Below are positions 36,339-50,932 of a stretch of DNA of 64,000 bases, piece after piece. Position 1 is the first letter of the stretch. Each line of letters starts with the position of its first letter. Position numbers and translations under genes: made by a program. The stretch is from Octopus sinensis (lineage: Eukaryota): positions 25,110,001-25,174,000 of the forward strand of contig NC_043020.1 of the NCBI RefSeq assembly GCF_006345805.1, written 5' to 3'. The notes under the pieces were generated by a model that ran no database searches, was not told where the DNA came from, and saw nothing but the letters and a program-made list of their open reading frames with translations.

Positions 36339-36785
36339 TTGATAATATTTCTTTTGTTATGGTCACAAGTACAGGGGTTTACATAGATATTGGATGAACG
36401 GAGACAAAAAAGAATGTTAAGATATATACTAATATATAATATATGAGGTCTTAGAATCGCTTGAGAGGAGGACAGCCAGTTGGGAGGAGGCGGGAGGGGT
36501 ATGTCCACACATCCAGGATTTAACCCGACAATTAATGATAAGTACTCTCTCCAAACTGTCATTCACTGACACACACGGGGGAGCATGAGGAAGGCAAGGA
36601 CACTCCTGGTGGCCTTCTCGACATCCTCATTCCACGTTTAAGTAAATTCACAGAAGAGCAGAACTTCCTACTCAAGATTCTAATAATAATATTCATTCTA
36701 ATAGTACTAGAAAGTACAACAAAAACATAATAATGATAATGTGTCACTTTGATGGCTTACGTTGCTCTCTCACATAATAGTAGTA

Positions 36786-36855
<70 letters not shown>

Positions 36856-37471
36856 CAACAACAACAACAGCAAAAATAAAAATACCGCGAATGGTATCTT
36901 TTTATTTGGCATCAGGTTATGTAATTCTTATCGGAATATGTACAATCACGCTTAGAATTCTTATAAAAAGTCCTTTTTTCTCGAGTTTACTATTTTTCAG
37001 AGTTCCACATGTTTTTTACGTCCGTTCATTATTTTTTACCTTTCGTTTTTCATTTTTAACTTTATTATTATTTTTAAAAATAATATTTATTTATTTGTTT
37101 ATTCTGTCATTTTTCTCATTACGTGTAACTGGATCCCATCTTGAAGAGTAGAAACCTGTACTGAAATGACAGCTGTTGAAATTTGAAGGTTTTCTGGGTA
37201 AACACAGCCATATCAAACATTTGAAACGATTCTATGTGAAGTGAAGGGGATTATGCTTTGTTGCTTGATGGATTCTTTCTTTTTTTTATTGCTATTTTTA
37301 TTTGCTTTTAAATTCCAGATTATTTATTTATTGAAGCTGGCGTTTCGAGTCTTTTTCTCTTCTGTTGTTTCTTACATGTAAACACGATATTCATGTGTAT
37401 ATGTCTGCGTGTGTGTACGCGTGTGTAATATATAAACATCATACAGCATACATATACATACACATGTATAC

Positions 37472-37502
<31 letters not shown>

Positions 37503-37656
37503 TGTATGTATGTATATATATATGTACTCTTTACTCTTTTACTTGTTTCAGTCATTTGACTGCGGCCATATATAATATTTGTAAATATATATGCATATAA
37601 ATGCACAAATTAGAATTATGTATATTTATACATACACACACACATATATGTATGTA

Positions 37657-37691
<35 letters not shown>

Positions 37692-39004
37692 TAATGTGTG
37701 TGTGGGGAGGGTATTTTATATTTTACATTTCCATAAAATGTTTTGAGAGTGCATTCCATTTTCAGACAATTTTCTTATAACTGTGCCTCTATCACAGTTT
37801 TTCTGTCTTTCTTTCTTTCTATCTTTCTTTCTCTATCTCTCTTCCTATCCTTCTTTCTCTTTCTCTCTCTCTCTCTCTCTTTATCTTACTCACTCTCTCT
37901 CTCTCTCTCTCTCTTTCTACATTGCGTTCTCACGTTCTTTCTCTCTTCCAGTGTGTCTTCAACTCTATCTCTCTCGCACTATCTCTCCATCTTTTCCCCT
38001 CCCCGCTTCTCATTTCATCTTTTCATTCTTACTTCTCATTTTTTTCATCGCACGATGGTGGATTAGTTGGCTAAGACAAAATACAGGTTAAAATACCTTC
38101 TAGTTTTGATTACCCTTCTTTAAATTACGTGTTCAGTTCCAACCAAAGTACAACTTTGAAATTTTTCATTTTGCAGTACAAAGAATATAGTCCAGTGAAA
38201 TTTTTGGTGAGATTTCTGACTTTCTATCCTTCAAAATCTGTGGTCTTGTACGAATCTGATAAATCAGTACTAATAAATATGATTGATGAAGGATCGATCT
38301 GCTAGTACCAACAGCCTTAGCCCCTTAGAAAGAAACACATTTTGCAGCACCATTCTTAGTCGAGGTTTTCACAGATTTAATGCCGCCATCCATCAGAGTG
38401 GTGTACAATTATGTGTGATCTAAGATTATGTCTTATCAAGAACTAAATAAAACCAATGACAGAGCCCCTAATGGTTTCTCTGTCTGCTAAAACAAGCAGT
38501 CAATTATTCCCGCAAATTACACAATACTGTCTTTGAAAAAGACAAAGCGATATTTATGACTAGCATAAATACTTGTCGCGCGTTGGTCAGAAGTGGACAA
38601 AACTCCGTTGTAATATGTTGGAAGCTCTGAACTTCCCGAGTTTCCTCTTCTGATCAAATACATTTGCGCGTCTCCCGATGAGTCTGTACATCAAATATAT
38701 ATCTTAGCAGTAGGGATCTCCCATGTTTCTGAATGGTACTGGAGTCTTTTAGGAATAACTTCAGAGAGTCCACTAACCAAGAACTTCTCAAAAAACTGGT
38801 TGCAAAAGTAAAGTATTTCAGAACGTGTTCGTTGTCCAGTCTAGTGATAATATCATCATAGCTGGACTTTAAGCAGAAGAATGGATCATATGATTCCCAT
38901 TCAAGAGATGTTATCAGTCCCTGCGTCTCGTCCTGTTTACGGACGCGTATAATTTTGTGCAAGCTATTGAGGCGATGACATGAATATATACACAAATACA
39001 GGAG

Positions 39005-39400
39005 GGGCAGAAGTGGATGTGTAGTAAGGGGTTTGCTTCCCAAACACATGGTTCCAGGTTCAGTTCCACTGCGTGGCACTTTGGGCATGTGTCTACAGCT
39101 ATAGCCTCGGTCCAACCAAAACCTTGTCAGTGGATTTAATAAAGGGAAACTAAAAGAAGCCCATCGTATATATATATATGGGTTTTTTATGTACTTCTCC
39201 CCCTACCACCACCACCGCTTGAAAACCGGTGTTGATGAATTTGCACCATCGCAACGTAGTGGTTCGGCAAAAGAGACTGATAGAATAAGTACCAGGCTTA
39301 AAAAATAAAATTACTAGAGTCGATTCATTTGACTAAAAGATCTTCAAGTTGGTGCCCCAAAATGGCCATAGTCTAATGACTACAACAGGTAAAAGATATA
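39005..39400 (+). mobile_element. SINE family A, diverged
   Basis: Head and tail motifs as in the other family A copies. Confidence 0.75.
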
Positions 39401-39834
39401 AAATTAAAGATAAAAGATTAAAGGTTAAAGATACAACGACACCCAACTCCAGTACATATACTCATAAAGATAATGAAACTTATACACATGTAGCTACTAT
39501 TTCTAGCAGATCGATGCTTCCTCGTATGCATTTTTAAATAACGAATAGTCAGACTGGCACAAGGCCAAGACATTTGAAGGATTGAAAATCCTAGAAATCC
39601 TTCCCCGCCCAGTATTTTACTGGTATTTGCTTTATTGACACCGGAATAAAGAAGGATGGAGCTGAAACACTAGAATTGATGATTGTGCAAGAAGAGGCTG
39701 CTAACATACTACAGATAGTTCTATGATTATTACAATTACTCAAACTCAGGCGGCGAGCTTGCAGAGTTGTTAGTACGCCGGAAAAATCTTTAGCAGCATT
39801 TTGTCAGTCTTTACGTTCAAATTCCCGCGACTGA

Positions 39835-41880
39835 AAGGCCTCAGGACTAGATGGAGTTCAAGGCTACTGGATCAAAAGATTTGGTGAATGTCATGCACGA
39901 ATAGCTGCACAACTCAACACCTTGTTAAATGCTGACCAAGTAATACCAGAGTGGTTGACAATGTGTAGGACAGTGCTGTGCTCGAAAAACATCGAAAAAG
40001 GCGATACGGTAGATAATTACAGGCCGATATCTTGTTTGCCACTTATGTGGAAATTATTGACTGGAATAGTCGCAGAGTCAATGTAAGGACATTTGGAAAA
40101 AAAATGGAGTCCTTCTACAGGGTTGCAGGCGTAAGTACACAGGTACCAACGATCAACTCCTGGTAGACAAAACTGTACTTAGAGACTGCAAGAAGAGGAA
40201 AACTAATTTAGCCATATCATGGATCGATTATCATAAGGCGTACGATATGATCCCACATTTTTTGTATGAACCTATTTGATATTGCATCGTATGTTGAACG
40301 ATTACTTGGAAAAAGTATGGCGAAATGGAGGACATATCTGACAGAATATGAAAGAAGTTTAGGAACAATAGAAATCAGAAGAGACAACTTCCAAGGGGAC
40401 TGCCTGACCCCCCTGATCTTTGTACTCTGCATCATACCACTAACAGTGGTTCTGAGGAAAGCAAAGGCTGGGTATGTATTCAAGAGCCACCAACAAAATT
40501 TCAATCACTTGTTATTCATGGATGACCTCAAACTTTATGGTAAAGATGAATCACAAGTCAGTTCCCTCGTTGATACGATGTATACTTTCAGTGCTGATAT
40601 CAGAGTTCGGATTGAAAAAAGTGTGGTGTGTTAGTCTTAAAGAGAGGCAAAATCAGAAATTGATCCTTACGTCGAAATTAAACGGACGGAATAAGATTGA
40701 AGCTATCCAACAATAACAACAACAACTAGATGTTAGGTGGACAAAGAACGAACTTGAGGAAACAGAAAAACCCGAAAACTGATCACAATACTCAAGGAAC
40801 TGCGCCCTAAAAATGATATTGATGTATGTACCTAGGTACAAGGGAAGAAGAGGTCTCAAATGATGCAAGATCTGTGTTGTCAATGAGGTTGCCGCTGTTA
40901 GAAATATTAACACGCTACCTACCGCAGATATGATACTCTCAAATACATTTTAGGAGAAAAAAAGATGAACAAAGATTAAACAAATGGAAAATGAAAAACA
41001 ATGCAAGGGCAAAACTTCAGAGAAATCGAAAGAAAAGACAAGACCAACACTTGGAGATGGCTAAGACAAAATGACCTGAAAGGATGCATCGATGCATTGA
41101 TATGCAGAACCCAGGAACAAGCTCTGAGAACTAATTACACCAAGTTCCAAATAGATAAGAGCAGTGAAACGCCTCTTTGTGACTGCAAAACTGAAACACG
41201 TTGTGAGTGAGTGTAGCAAACTCGCTAAAAAGGAATACAAAATGTGGCACGATAACATGGCTAAGTTGTTTACTGGAGATTATGAGATGTAGAGTCTGGA
41301 AAGAAAATAGAAATGGTACGAACGGGAACTAGAAGACGTCAATGAGAATAATGAATATAAGATCTTGTGGGATTTAACTCCCTAATTGAAACACGGAGAT
41401 AAAGTAGATAAAAGGAAAAAGGAAACAAAAAGTATAGATATTGCCATTCCTGGGGGATGCACGCCAAAGTGACAAAGAATTAGAAAAGATCGAGAAGTAG
41501 AGACTACTAAAAGAGGAAATTGCAAGAATGTGGGCAATGAAAAAAGTAACATTTATCCCAGTTATTGTAGGTGGCAATCGAAACAGTCGAAACCAACTTC
41601 GAGAAATATGTTGGAGAAATTGGAATTGGCATGAGAACAGAGTAAGCCCCCAAAACTGTTGTGTCGGGCAGAGCGAGGATTTTGAGATTGGCACTTTTGA
41701 GATTGGTGTTAAGTATCCTCCACGATATTTAACATCCAAGTATCAAGTGTTATGACTCGAGGAAAGATACCTGAAAGACCCTGTGAGACCTTTGAAAACA
41801 GGTTGCTGTCCGCTCTCACAGAATTAACCGGAGCATGTAAGATTGAGTGCTCTGCGAAGTAAAATAAAATAACAACAAAA
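39835..41880 (+). mobile_element. Decayed R4-clade RLE non-LTR retrotransposon (third family)
   Basis: [89 protein letters not shown]. Many indels. Confidence 0.88.
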
Positions 41881-42441
41881 TAACAATAAATTTTCAAATT
41901 TTGGCACAATGCCAGCAATCTAGGGAACGGGTTAAGTCGATTACATCAACAGGTATTTATTTCATCCCGAAGAAATAAAGAGTGAAACCGACCATAACGG
42001 AATTTGAACTCAGAACGTAGGATAGACAAAACGCCGCTAAACATTTCGAACGATGTGTTAAAGATTCTGTCAGCTCGCCTCCATAACAACAATAACAATA
42101 ATAATGATGATGGCGATGATGACGACGACGACGACGATGATGATGATGATGATGATGAGGATGATGATGATGATGATGGTGAAAACCACAGTGATATTTC
42201 CTTACGTTTGGTACAAATACTAATATGAACGGAGGCGTAAGTACAAATATATAAACGCCGTCTGGTGATATGTGTGTTTTGTTGCTATTGCCACTGGAAT
42301 CAAACTGACCAAAGACAAAGAATTCTTCACCCTCCACCTCCCACCAAACCCAATTCCCCACTCATCCATCTCTTTCCAACTATTTCATTTCTACACCAGT
42401 GGCTACAGATGCGAAAGTTCACTTATTACGTACAAGTCCAC

Positions 42442-42508
<67 letters not shown>

Positions 42509-43583
42509 TTAGTGTGTTTGTACTTGTATGAATGTGCGTGTGTATGCATGTTTATGCATATATGCATGTATGTATGTATAAATACACACACACACATGCA
42601 TATATATATATACATATATATATATATATGTATTGTATATAAACATTGTTGTGCATATGTGTACATGTATATGTGCATGTGTGTATATGTATGTATATAT
42701 ATATATAAATGTATATACGCATGTTTATATATGTATGTATATATATAAATGTGTATGTAGACACGCACATACACACACACGCATATATATATATTTCTAT
42801 GAGTTTCTGTGTGCATATATGTATGAATATATAAGTATTTATGCACACAAGTACACATAAACACAAGCACTCACACACACATACACATATTTATATGACG
42901 CTGCGTACTGAATGGAAACATATAGTTATACATGTCTCTGTATTTGGTGTGTGTGTTGTGTGTGTTTGTATGTGTCTATGTACCTCTGCACGCATATGAA
43001 TTCGTGTATTTATTTGTCCCTGTACGTGCATGGCTGTCTTAAAGGTCTTAAAAGTGAAATATTAATAATAATAGTAACAACAACAATAATGTTAATAGTA
43101 ATAATAACAACAACAATGATAATAATAAGAAGAATATTAATATTAATGACAACAACAACACATAAACATAAATAATGAAAATGATAATAATAAAAATGCG
43201 GGAAGCGATAAGAGCAAATCCAGTGTCAGAAACGTTAGCGTACTTAATTGGATCTAGACCTTGTTTATTTTATGCGTTGATATTAAAGCTCACTTTATAG
43301 AGTTTCAGACTCCACCAAAAACGGCTAACGGCCATAGCATGAGTCAAATGTACAACTAGCTGTCTCCTGATCAATGCGCTTGGGACGTTTGCCAACATCA
43401 TACATCAGTAAAACGATAATATTTCATATCCATTGTGAAAATCAGACACACGTTCCGATTTGATATGTTTCAACTTAGTTTGCCGGGATATTACCGTCCG
43501 TTTGTTTTTGTGTGTCTGTACACACACACACACACATATATACCTTAACTTATACATATATAATTACATATGCATACACACAC

Positions 43584-43644
<61 letters not shown>

Positions 43645-44268
43645 TATATATGAATATATGATACCTATACATACATGTTCGAATGGTAATATACATATAA
43701 TATACTGCATTACACTTATGTATATATATGTAAATTATATATACTTGTATGTATGTGTATATATTTATAGTGAGATATTTATGTTATGTACATGTATACA
43801 TACATATATATATATATTAATATATATATATATAATATATATATATTATATATTGTATTATATATTATATATTATATATCATATTTATATATATATACGT
43901 ATACTTTCATTTATATATTTATACATATACCATACATATATATATAGAGAGAAATAAAAAAAATAATGCATATACATACCTACATCCAATACACACACGC
44001 ACACAGCATTCGTGTGTGCATTCGTGTGTGTATATGTGCACGTCTATTGTTTATATCGTTTATATTTCCTTGTGGTTGGAAATATTTTCAATCCAATCCG
44101 TCCCTTGTTTTATATACCAAGACCCACCCCTCCATCCTCCCTCCTCTCTATTTCTCTCTCTCTCTTATATTCGCTTAACGCAGCTCAATTTTCTACCAGT
44201 CAGCTGCCTCTCTATGTAATTGTCCGTTTTATCTCTTTATTAATCTATACAAATGTACCTACATATCT

Positions 44269-44326
<58 letters not shown>

Positions 44327-44381
44327 GTATATGTATATACATATATATATGTATATGTATATTGTATATACATACATATAT

Positions 44382-44437
<56 letters not shown>

Positions 44438-44600
44438 CATATATATATACACACTTAAGCGTATATATATACATATATATATATATATGTGCATATATAT
44501 ACACATGTAGGTGTATATACATAGTTGGAATTGACAGAATTTATGTATATATATATATATCGATAGATATGTAGGTACATTTGTATAGATTAATAAAGAG

Positions 44601-44655
<55 letters not shown>

Positions 44656-44950
44656 GATATACATATATGCATATATATATATAAATACATACTCAAACAC
44701 ACACACACGTAATATACATAGACACACACGGACACTTTCAAAGACAGGCACGTGCCCACATATAGAGAAATAGGAAGACTGATATGCGAACATATATTCA
44801 TCATAATGATGATGACGACGATGATAAATATGATGATGATGATCTATCTGTGTCTTGAATTCTGTTGGTCAGTGTGAGCGTCAAACTGATGATTTGTCTC
44901 TTTAATTGTATTGCCATTCAAACAGATTCTATCTAACTTTCGATCTGGCA

Positions 44951-45033
<83 letters not shown>

Positions 45034-45048
45034 CATCTATCCATCTAT

Positions 45049-45081
<33 letters not shown>

Positions 45082-45110
45082 CATCTATCTATCTATCTAT
45101 CTATCTATCT

Positions 45111-45655
45111 CTCATCAACTTCTTCAAGTACCACTTGAAAAGGAAAGTGAGAGTAGAGAGGCAAGTTTTGTCTAGCGAATGTTTTAAAAAAAGATGGGTG
45201 AATGTAGCAAGAATGGCACGTATGAATGACGAAGCCACCTTGAGCATAGTCCTATGAACCCAGAAATCGAAAACAGAGAGTTGCTTATTTGCAAAAAAAA
45301 AAAAAAAAAAAAAAAAATATAAAATGTGACTTCATTGACCGAGGTTACCGTGGTCTTTTCCGCAGCTTTTCTTTCCACGGGTAAACCTCACCTGTCCTCC
45401 CCTTTACACTTCATATTGACATTTCTGTGATAACGATCCCTATTGATCATTTTTTTTCCTCTCCCCCCCCTTTTTTTTTTTTTTTTTTTTTAACCCCCCC
45501 TTATTTTTGTCCTCTTTCTCTCCTTTTACGATCCCTTTTGATCGAACCTCCCCCTTCCTTTTTTTTTTTTTTTTTTTCTAATACCTTCAAAAGAAAAGCT
45601 CTACCTTGTAATTTGTTCTATCTGTGTGCAGCCCTGTGTGGCTAATAAAGAAACA

Positions 45656-45657
<2 letters not shown>
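45111..45657 (+). mobile_element. Short 5'-truncated copy of the same Tx1-like LINE, flanked by (TCTA)n at both ends
   Basis: Highly similar to the reverse complement of ~15165-15670 ([43 protein letters not shown] plus 3' UTR and the same tail). TCTA tracts at 44951-45110 and from 45658. Confidence 0.92.
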
Positions 45658-45712
<55 letters not shown>

Positions 45713-45797
45713 GTTTGTCTGTTTATCTGTCTTTAACTATTTATCTATCGGTCTGCCTATCTATCTATTTATGTATCTGCCTATCTATCTATCTATC

Positions 45798-45848
<51 letters not shown>

Positions 45849-45863
45849 TTATCTATCTATTTG

Positions 45864-45972
<109 letters not shown>

Positions 45973-46110
45973 GTATATATTATATACAGATGTGTATATA
46001 TGTGTACATATATATAAAGATGTCCATATCTATCTACACATATTATATATATATTATATATATATATCTATTTGTATGTATGACTTTTATCTCTTCTCTC
46101 TTCCTTCTTT

Positions 46111-46180
<70 letters not shown>

Positions 46181-46519
46181 CATACATACATATGTATATA
46201 TATATATATAATTATATATGTTGTGTGTATATACATATATGTATATATACAATATGTAATATACATATATGTGTGTGTGTGTATATATAACAAAGTGGAG
46301 TTGTAGGGTACCGCACGAGAGGAATTATATACGAAAGAAGGTTTGAAAATGCAATTTTAAAAGATGTTTATTTACTTTACCGCTTTCACTCTTTTGAAAA
46401 AGATTGTCAAAAGTAACATGTAAAAGTTTGGTTGCGTTAATTATTGGTTGTTACAAAATACTACATTACATATATACAGTCTTTGGTAACAAGAACATGT
46501 TAAGGACAAAAAAAAAGAT

Positions 46520-46850
46520 TTAATAAGTTCCTTAAAATATTGGGCACAGAAGATTACAGCATATTTATACATTCTCAAGAAAATTTTAAAGATAGTTTCC
46601 AGAAGGAATTATTAAAAGTTCAGTGGAATATTGGTATTGTATCTGTATATTCATACACACATAGAATATTGGTTGTCACAAAAAGTTTAACAAGTTCATT
46701 AGATTATTGGGCACAAAAGATTACAACAAATATATACATTCTCAAGAAAATGTTAAAGATAGTTTCCAGAAGGAATTATTAAAAAGTTCAGTGGAATATT
46801 GGTATACACGCACAGAATATTATGACTTCAAAAAAGTTTACATTATAGTA
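46520..46850. repeat. Tandem duplication, ~165-bp unit x2
   Basis: ATATTGGGCACA..CATTCTCAAGAAAAT.TTAAAGATAGTTTCCAGAAGGAATTATTAAAAGTTCAGTGGAATATTGGTAT occurs at ~46538 and ~46705. Confidence 0.85.
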
Positions 46851-47019
46851 GAAGGGAAGCTCAAACTGACCTGTCCACCATGTTAACGTAAAAGACTATT
46901 ATCTATTTCAAGGGACACAGTATGTGTGTTTGGGTGGGCGGAAGGAAGAGTAATGTGAAACTGAAAAGAATTTCTCCTTTTTGTCTCTCCTTCACGCATA
47001 AATGATTTGGGGGATTGGT

Positions 47020-47600
47020 CTTTAGAGGTCAGAATGGTTCGAGTGTGTGTGTGTCTTTGTTTGTTTGTATATACATATGTCGTGTGAATAGATGTGTCTG
47101 TGTGTTTGTAAAATCTGGTAGGATGGTGTGTTCATATGTGTGCCCGTTTGTCAACTGTGTGTGTGATTGTCTTGGTGTTGTGTGTGTGTGTGTGTGTGTG
47201 CGTGATTGGCATTTGTCATGGTGCTGTGTGTGTGCATGTGTGTGTATATGTGTTTCTGTATGGAGGTCAGAATGGTGTGAGTGTATATATGTATACATGT
47301 GTTTGTGTGTATGTGTGGGCTGTTTTTGATTGGACCCAGGGTCCATTGTGGTGTAAATAGATGTGTGTTTTTTTTAAAATTTGGTAGGATGGTGTGTGTA
47401 TGGTGTTGTGTGTGTGTGCATGTATGTGTGTGATTGGCAGTTGTCATGGTGCTGTATGTGTGTGTATATGTGTATCTGTATGGAGGTCAGAATGGTGTGA
47501 GTGTGTGTATTTTTGTGTGTGTGTATATATGTATACATGTGTCTGTGTGTGGGGCTTGTTTTTGATTGGTCCCAGTTCCATTGTGGTGTAAATAGATGTG
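47020..47600. repeat. GT-rich tandem repeat, ~220-240-bp unit x ~2.5
   Basis: GAGGTCAGAATGGT recurs at ~47025, 47263 and 47482. GTCCATTGTGGTGTAAATAGATGTGT recurs at ~47341 and 47577. Confidence 0.8.
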
Positions 47601-47607
47601 TATTTAT

Positions 47608-47654
<47 letters not shown>

Positions 47655-47946
47655 GTACAGAGACGGAAAAGAAAGAAAGATAGAAAGAAGAAAGAAGAAA
47701 AGAAAGGAAGGGAAAGAGGCAGAATGGTTTTTAATTTTAAAACTCCTGTACTACATTATTAACCACATTAAAAACACCTTTATGGAACCATAAGATTTTA
47801 TCATCCCTGACAGTATCCAGTAACTGCACAGATGTGTGCAAGTATGTGTGTGTTTGTGTGTTCATACATGCGTACGTACGTGCGTATATTTATCAATCTT
47901 GATACATCTACCTACTACTTGACTACCTGCTCTATCTATCTATCTT

Positions 47947-48018
<72 letters not shown>

Positions 48019-48194
48019 CCTACCTATCTATCTATCTGTCTGTCTGTCTATCTATCTAATAATCTATCTATCTATCTACCTATCCATCTATATTTCTTTC
48101 TATCTATCTATCTGTCTATCTATCTATCTATTTATTTATCTATCTATCTGTCTATCTATCTATCTATTTATTTATCTATCTATCTATCTATATG

Positions 48195-48249
<55 letters not shown>

Positions 48250-48294
48250 GCCTATCAATCCATTTATCTATCTATATGTCTGTCTGTCTGTCTA

Positions 48295-48332
<38 letters not shown>

Positions 48333-48374
48333 CCTGTCCCTTTATCTATCTATCTATCTATCTGTTTCTCTATT

Positions 48375-48408
<34 letters not shown>

Positions 48409-49028
48409 GTCTATCTATCTAACTATTTATATATATGTCTATCTTTCTTTCTAGTCATCTCTCTTTCTAGCTATTAGTTTCAAGTTTCATTGTTACAAAA
48501 CCGACATGTATAACGAATCTCAAGAAATTGAATATGTTGTGATGTTCATTCCTCTTATCCCCATTATTAGGAGCATGAAATTAGCGAGAAAGAGAGAGAG
48601 AGAAAGAAACAGGCGAAGTGATATAGTTGACATTTTGAAAAGAATCAATGTCAAGGATCCAGCTCGAGATGTTCTGCAATGACTTGATCTATGGGGTAAC
48701 GCTGGCCCCTCTCAGTATGTTTCCACAAATATTGCTTATAAGAGATAGTTCTACAGGGACATGTTAAATGTTATCTTTTCTTTTTTGCTCGTTTTGTGCA
48801 TTAGACTTCGGCAATGTTGGATCACTGCTTAGGGGAATTTTCGGTCGCATGGACCGAGCCCAAGGCTAATTGTATTTTAAGTCTGATATTTGTCATATAG
48901 AAGTCTTTTGACGAGCTGCTAAGTTTTCGGCTATGTAAATATACCAACACCGGTTGTCAAGTGCTAGTGGGATACAAGCAGACACAACTTAGACATATAT
49001 GTATATGTGTATATATATATATATATAG

Positions 49029-49068
<40 letters not shown>

Positions 49069-49144
49069 TATTACTTACCCCCACCCACACATACACATAA
49101 CACATATATATATATATTTCTAATTAACTTTACTTTTGTATTTT

Positions 49145-49545
49145 TTTACTTTTTACTTGTTTCAGTCATTTGACTGCGGCCATGCTGGAGCACCGCCTTT
49201 AGTCGAGCAACTCGACCCCGGGACTTATTCTTTTTGTAAGCCCAGTACTTATTCTATCGATCTCTTTTTGCCGAACCGCTAGGTGACGGGGACATAAACA
49301 CACCAGCATCGGTTGTCAAGCAATGCTAGGGAGACAAACACAGACACACAAACACACACACATACCATATATATATATAATAAATATACGACAGGCTTCT
49401 TTCAGTTTCCGTCTACCAATCCACACAAGGCATTGGTCGGCCGGGGCTATAGCAGAAGACACTTGCCCAAGATGCCACGCAGTGGACTGAACCGGAACCA
49501 TGTGGTTTGTTAGCAAGCTACTTACCACACAGCCACTACTGCGCC
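49145..49545 (-). mobile_element. SINE family A, full-length
   Basis: Reverse complement of the 50497-50880 copy. Confidence 0.85.
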
Positions 49546-49659
49546 TATAAGATAAAATTTTAAAACATTTTATCAGTAGCAAGCATATGAAAAATACCTT
49601 TTAAGGTTTTAAGGTGAAAATTATAAATACAATTATAAATAAGGGCAAAAAAAATTACT

Positions 49660-50300
49660 TTGTGAATTTGCTGAAAAATAGACGCTAAATTGTCTCACCA
49701 CATAAAAATATTTTTAGTTATATTATTACATATTACATATTTTTAGTTATATTATTACATATTACATATTTTTAGTTATATTATTACATATTACATATTT
49801 TTAGTTATATTATTACATAATTACATAATGAGAAAAGCAAGCGAACAGAAATTCATAAAAATATAGTTATTCCCGAATCGGTTCCGATTTCTGAATTAAT
49901 CCAAAAAAGATTCTTCCTTCATCAGCGAGGAACACAAAAGAAAAGATATGAAATACTTAGACATACCCACTGAAAAGAAGAGGCAAAGTCATGAATATAA
50001 TAAGTACCACAAATATATCCAAATAGAAATTCTGTAGCAAGCCTCGGCACAAGTGTAAGTCGGTCAGGAAACGCACACGTGTTTAACCAGTACCGAAGTC
50101 AAAGAGAATTAATTTACTTCTAATACAAGGATAGCATTTTGGATTATCTGAATATCGGATTCGGGGAAAACTATACCTTATGAATTTCTCTTAGCTTGGT
50201 TTCCTCGTTTCGGCATGTGGTGTAATAATACAAATGAAAATATTTTATGTGGTTAGACGATTTAGCGTCTATTTTACAGCTTATTGGCAAAGATCTTTTT
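49660..50300 (-). mobile_element. Old foldback PLE pseudo-LTR-like element with hammerhead motif and an expanded 29-bp tandem repeat in the left arm
   Basis: 49660-49710 and 49830-49905 are degraded reverse complements of 50235-50290 and 50138-50207. About 4 copies of ATTTTTAGTTATATTATTACATATTACAT at ~49710-49825. Confidence 0.6.
49870..49932 (-). ncRNA. Type I hammerhead-like motif with extended stems II and III
   Basis: TTCCTCG-CTGATGA-AGGAAGAATC tttttt GGATTAATTCA-GAAA-TCGG aa CCGA-TT^CGGGAA. Perfect core and 5-bp stem III. Stem II base is mismatched. Confidence 0.55.
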
Positions 50301-50496
50301 CTTTTTGTCCTTATCTATAATTATATATATATATATATATTGGTAAAAACGGTAAGATAACAAAAGAAAGAAAGAGACCTCAATATTATGTAAATAGAGG
50401 AAATTCTATAAAATAATGTTACAATTACTCAATAGTCAAGATAAAATTCTGAGTTTTATCTTGACTATTGAGTAATTGTAACATAATATATATGCA

Positions 50497-50650
50497 GGAG
50501 TGGCTGTGTGGTAAGTAGCTTGCTAACCAGCCACATGGTTCCGGGTTCAGTCCCACTGCGTGGCATCTTGGCAAGTGTCTTCTGCTATAGCCCCGGGCCG
50601 ACCAATGCCTTGTGAGTGGATTTGGTAGACGGAAACTGAGAAAGCCTGTC

Positions 50651-50689
<39 letters not shown>

Positions 50690-50878
50690 TGTATGTGTTT
50701 TGTGTCTGTGTTTGTTTGTTCCCCTAGCATTGCTTGACAACCGATGAGGGTGTGTTTACGTTCCGTCACCTAGCGGTTCGGAAAAAAGAGACCGATAGAA
50801 TAAGTCCTCGGATCGATTTGCTCGACTAAGGTGGTGCTCCAGCATGGCCGCAGTCAAATGACTGAAACAAGTAAAAGA

Positions 50879-50880
<2 letters not shown>
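50497..50880 (+). mobile_element. Full-length tRNA-derived SINE (family A, internal (TA)n)
   Basis: Head GGAGTGGCTGTGTGGTAAG..GGTTCAGTCCC; tail CCAGCATGGCCGCAGTCAAATGACTGAAACAAGTAAAAGAGTA. The same family recurs many times in the window. Confidence 0.85.

Positions 50881-50929
<49 letters not shown>

Positions 50930-50932
<3 letters not shown>

Noticed and set aside
37145-37185. TTGAAGAGTA..TACTGAAA..CAGCTG hammerhead-like string
   Set aside because: Stems I and III cannot be formed consistently; too decayed.
38555-38600. TGACTAGCATAAATAC..CGCGCGT hammerhead-like string
   Set aside because: The GAAA motif is absent.
38654-39115. 153-aa minus-strand ORF
   Set aside because: The first third is an antisense SINE and the remainder has no recognisable motif.
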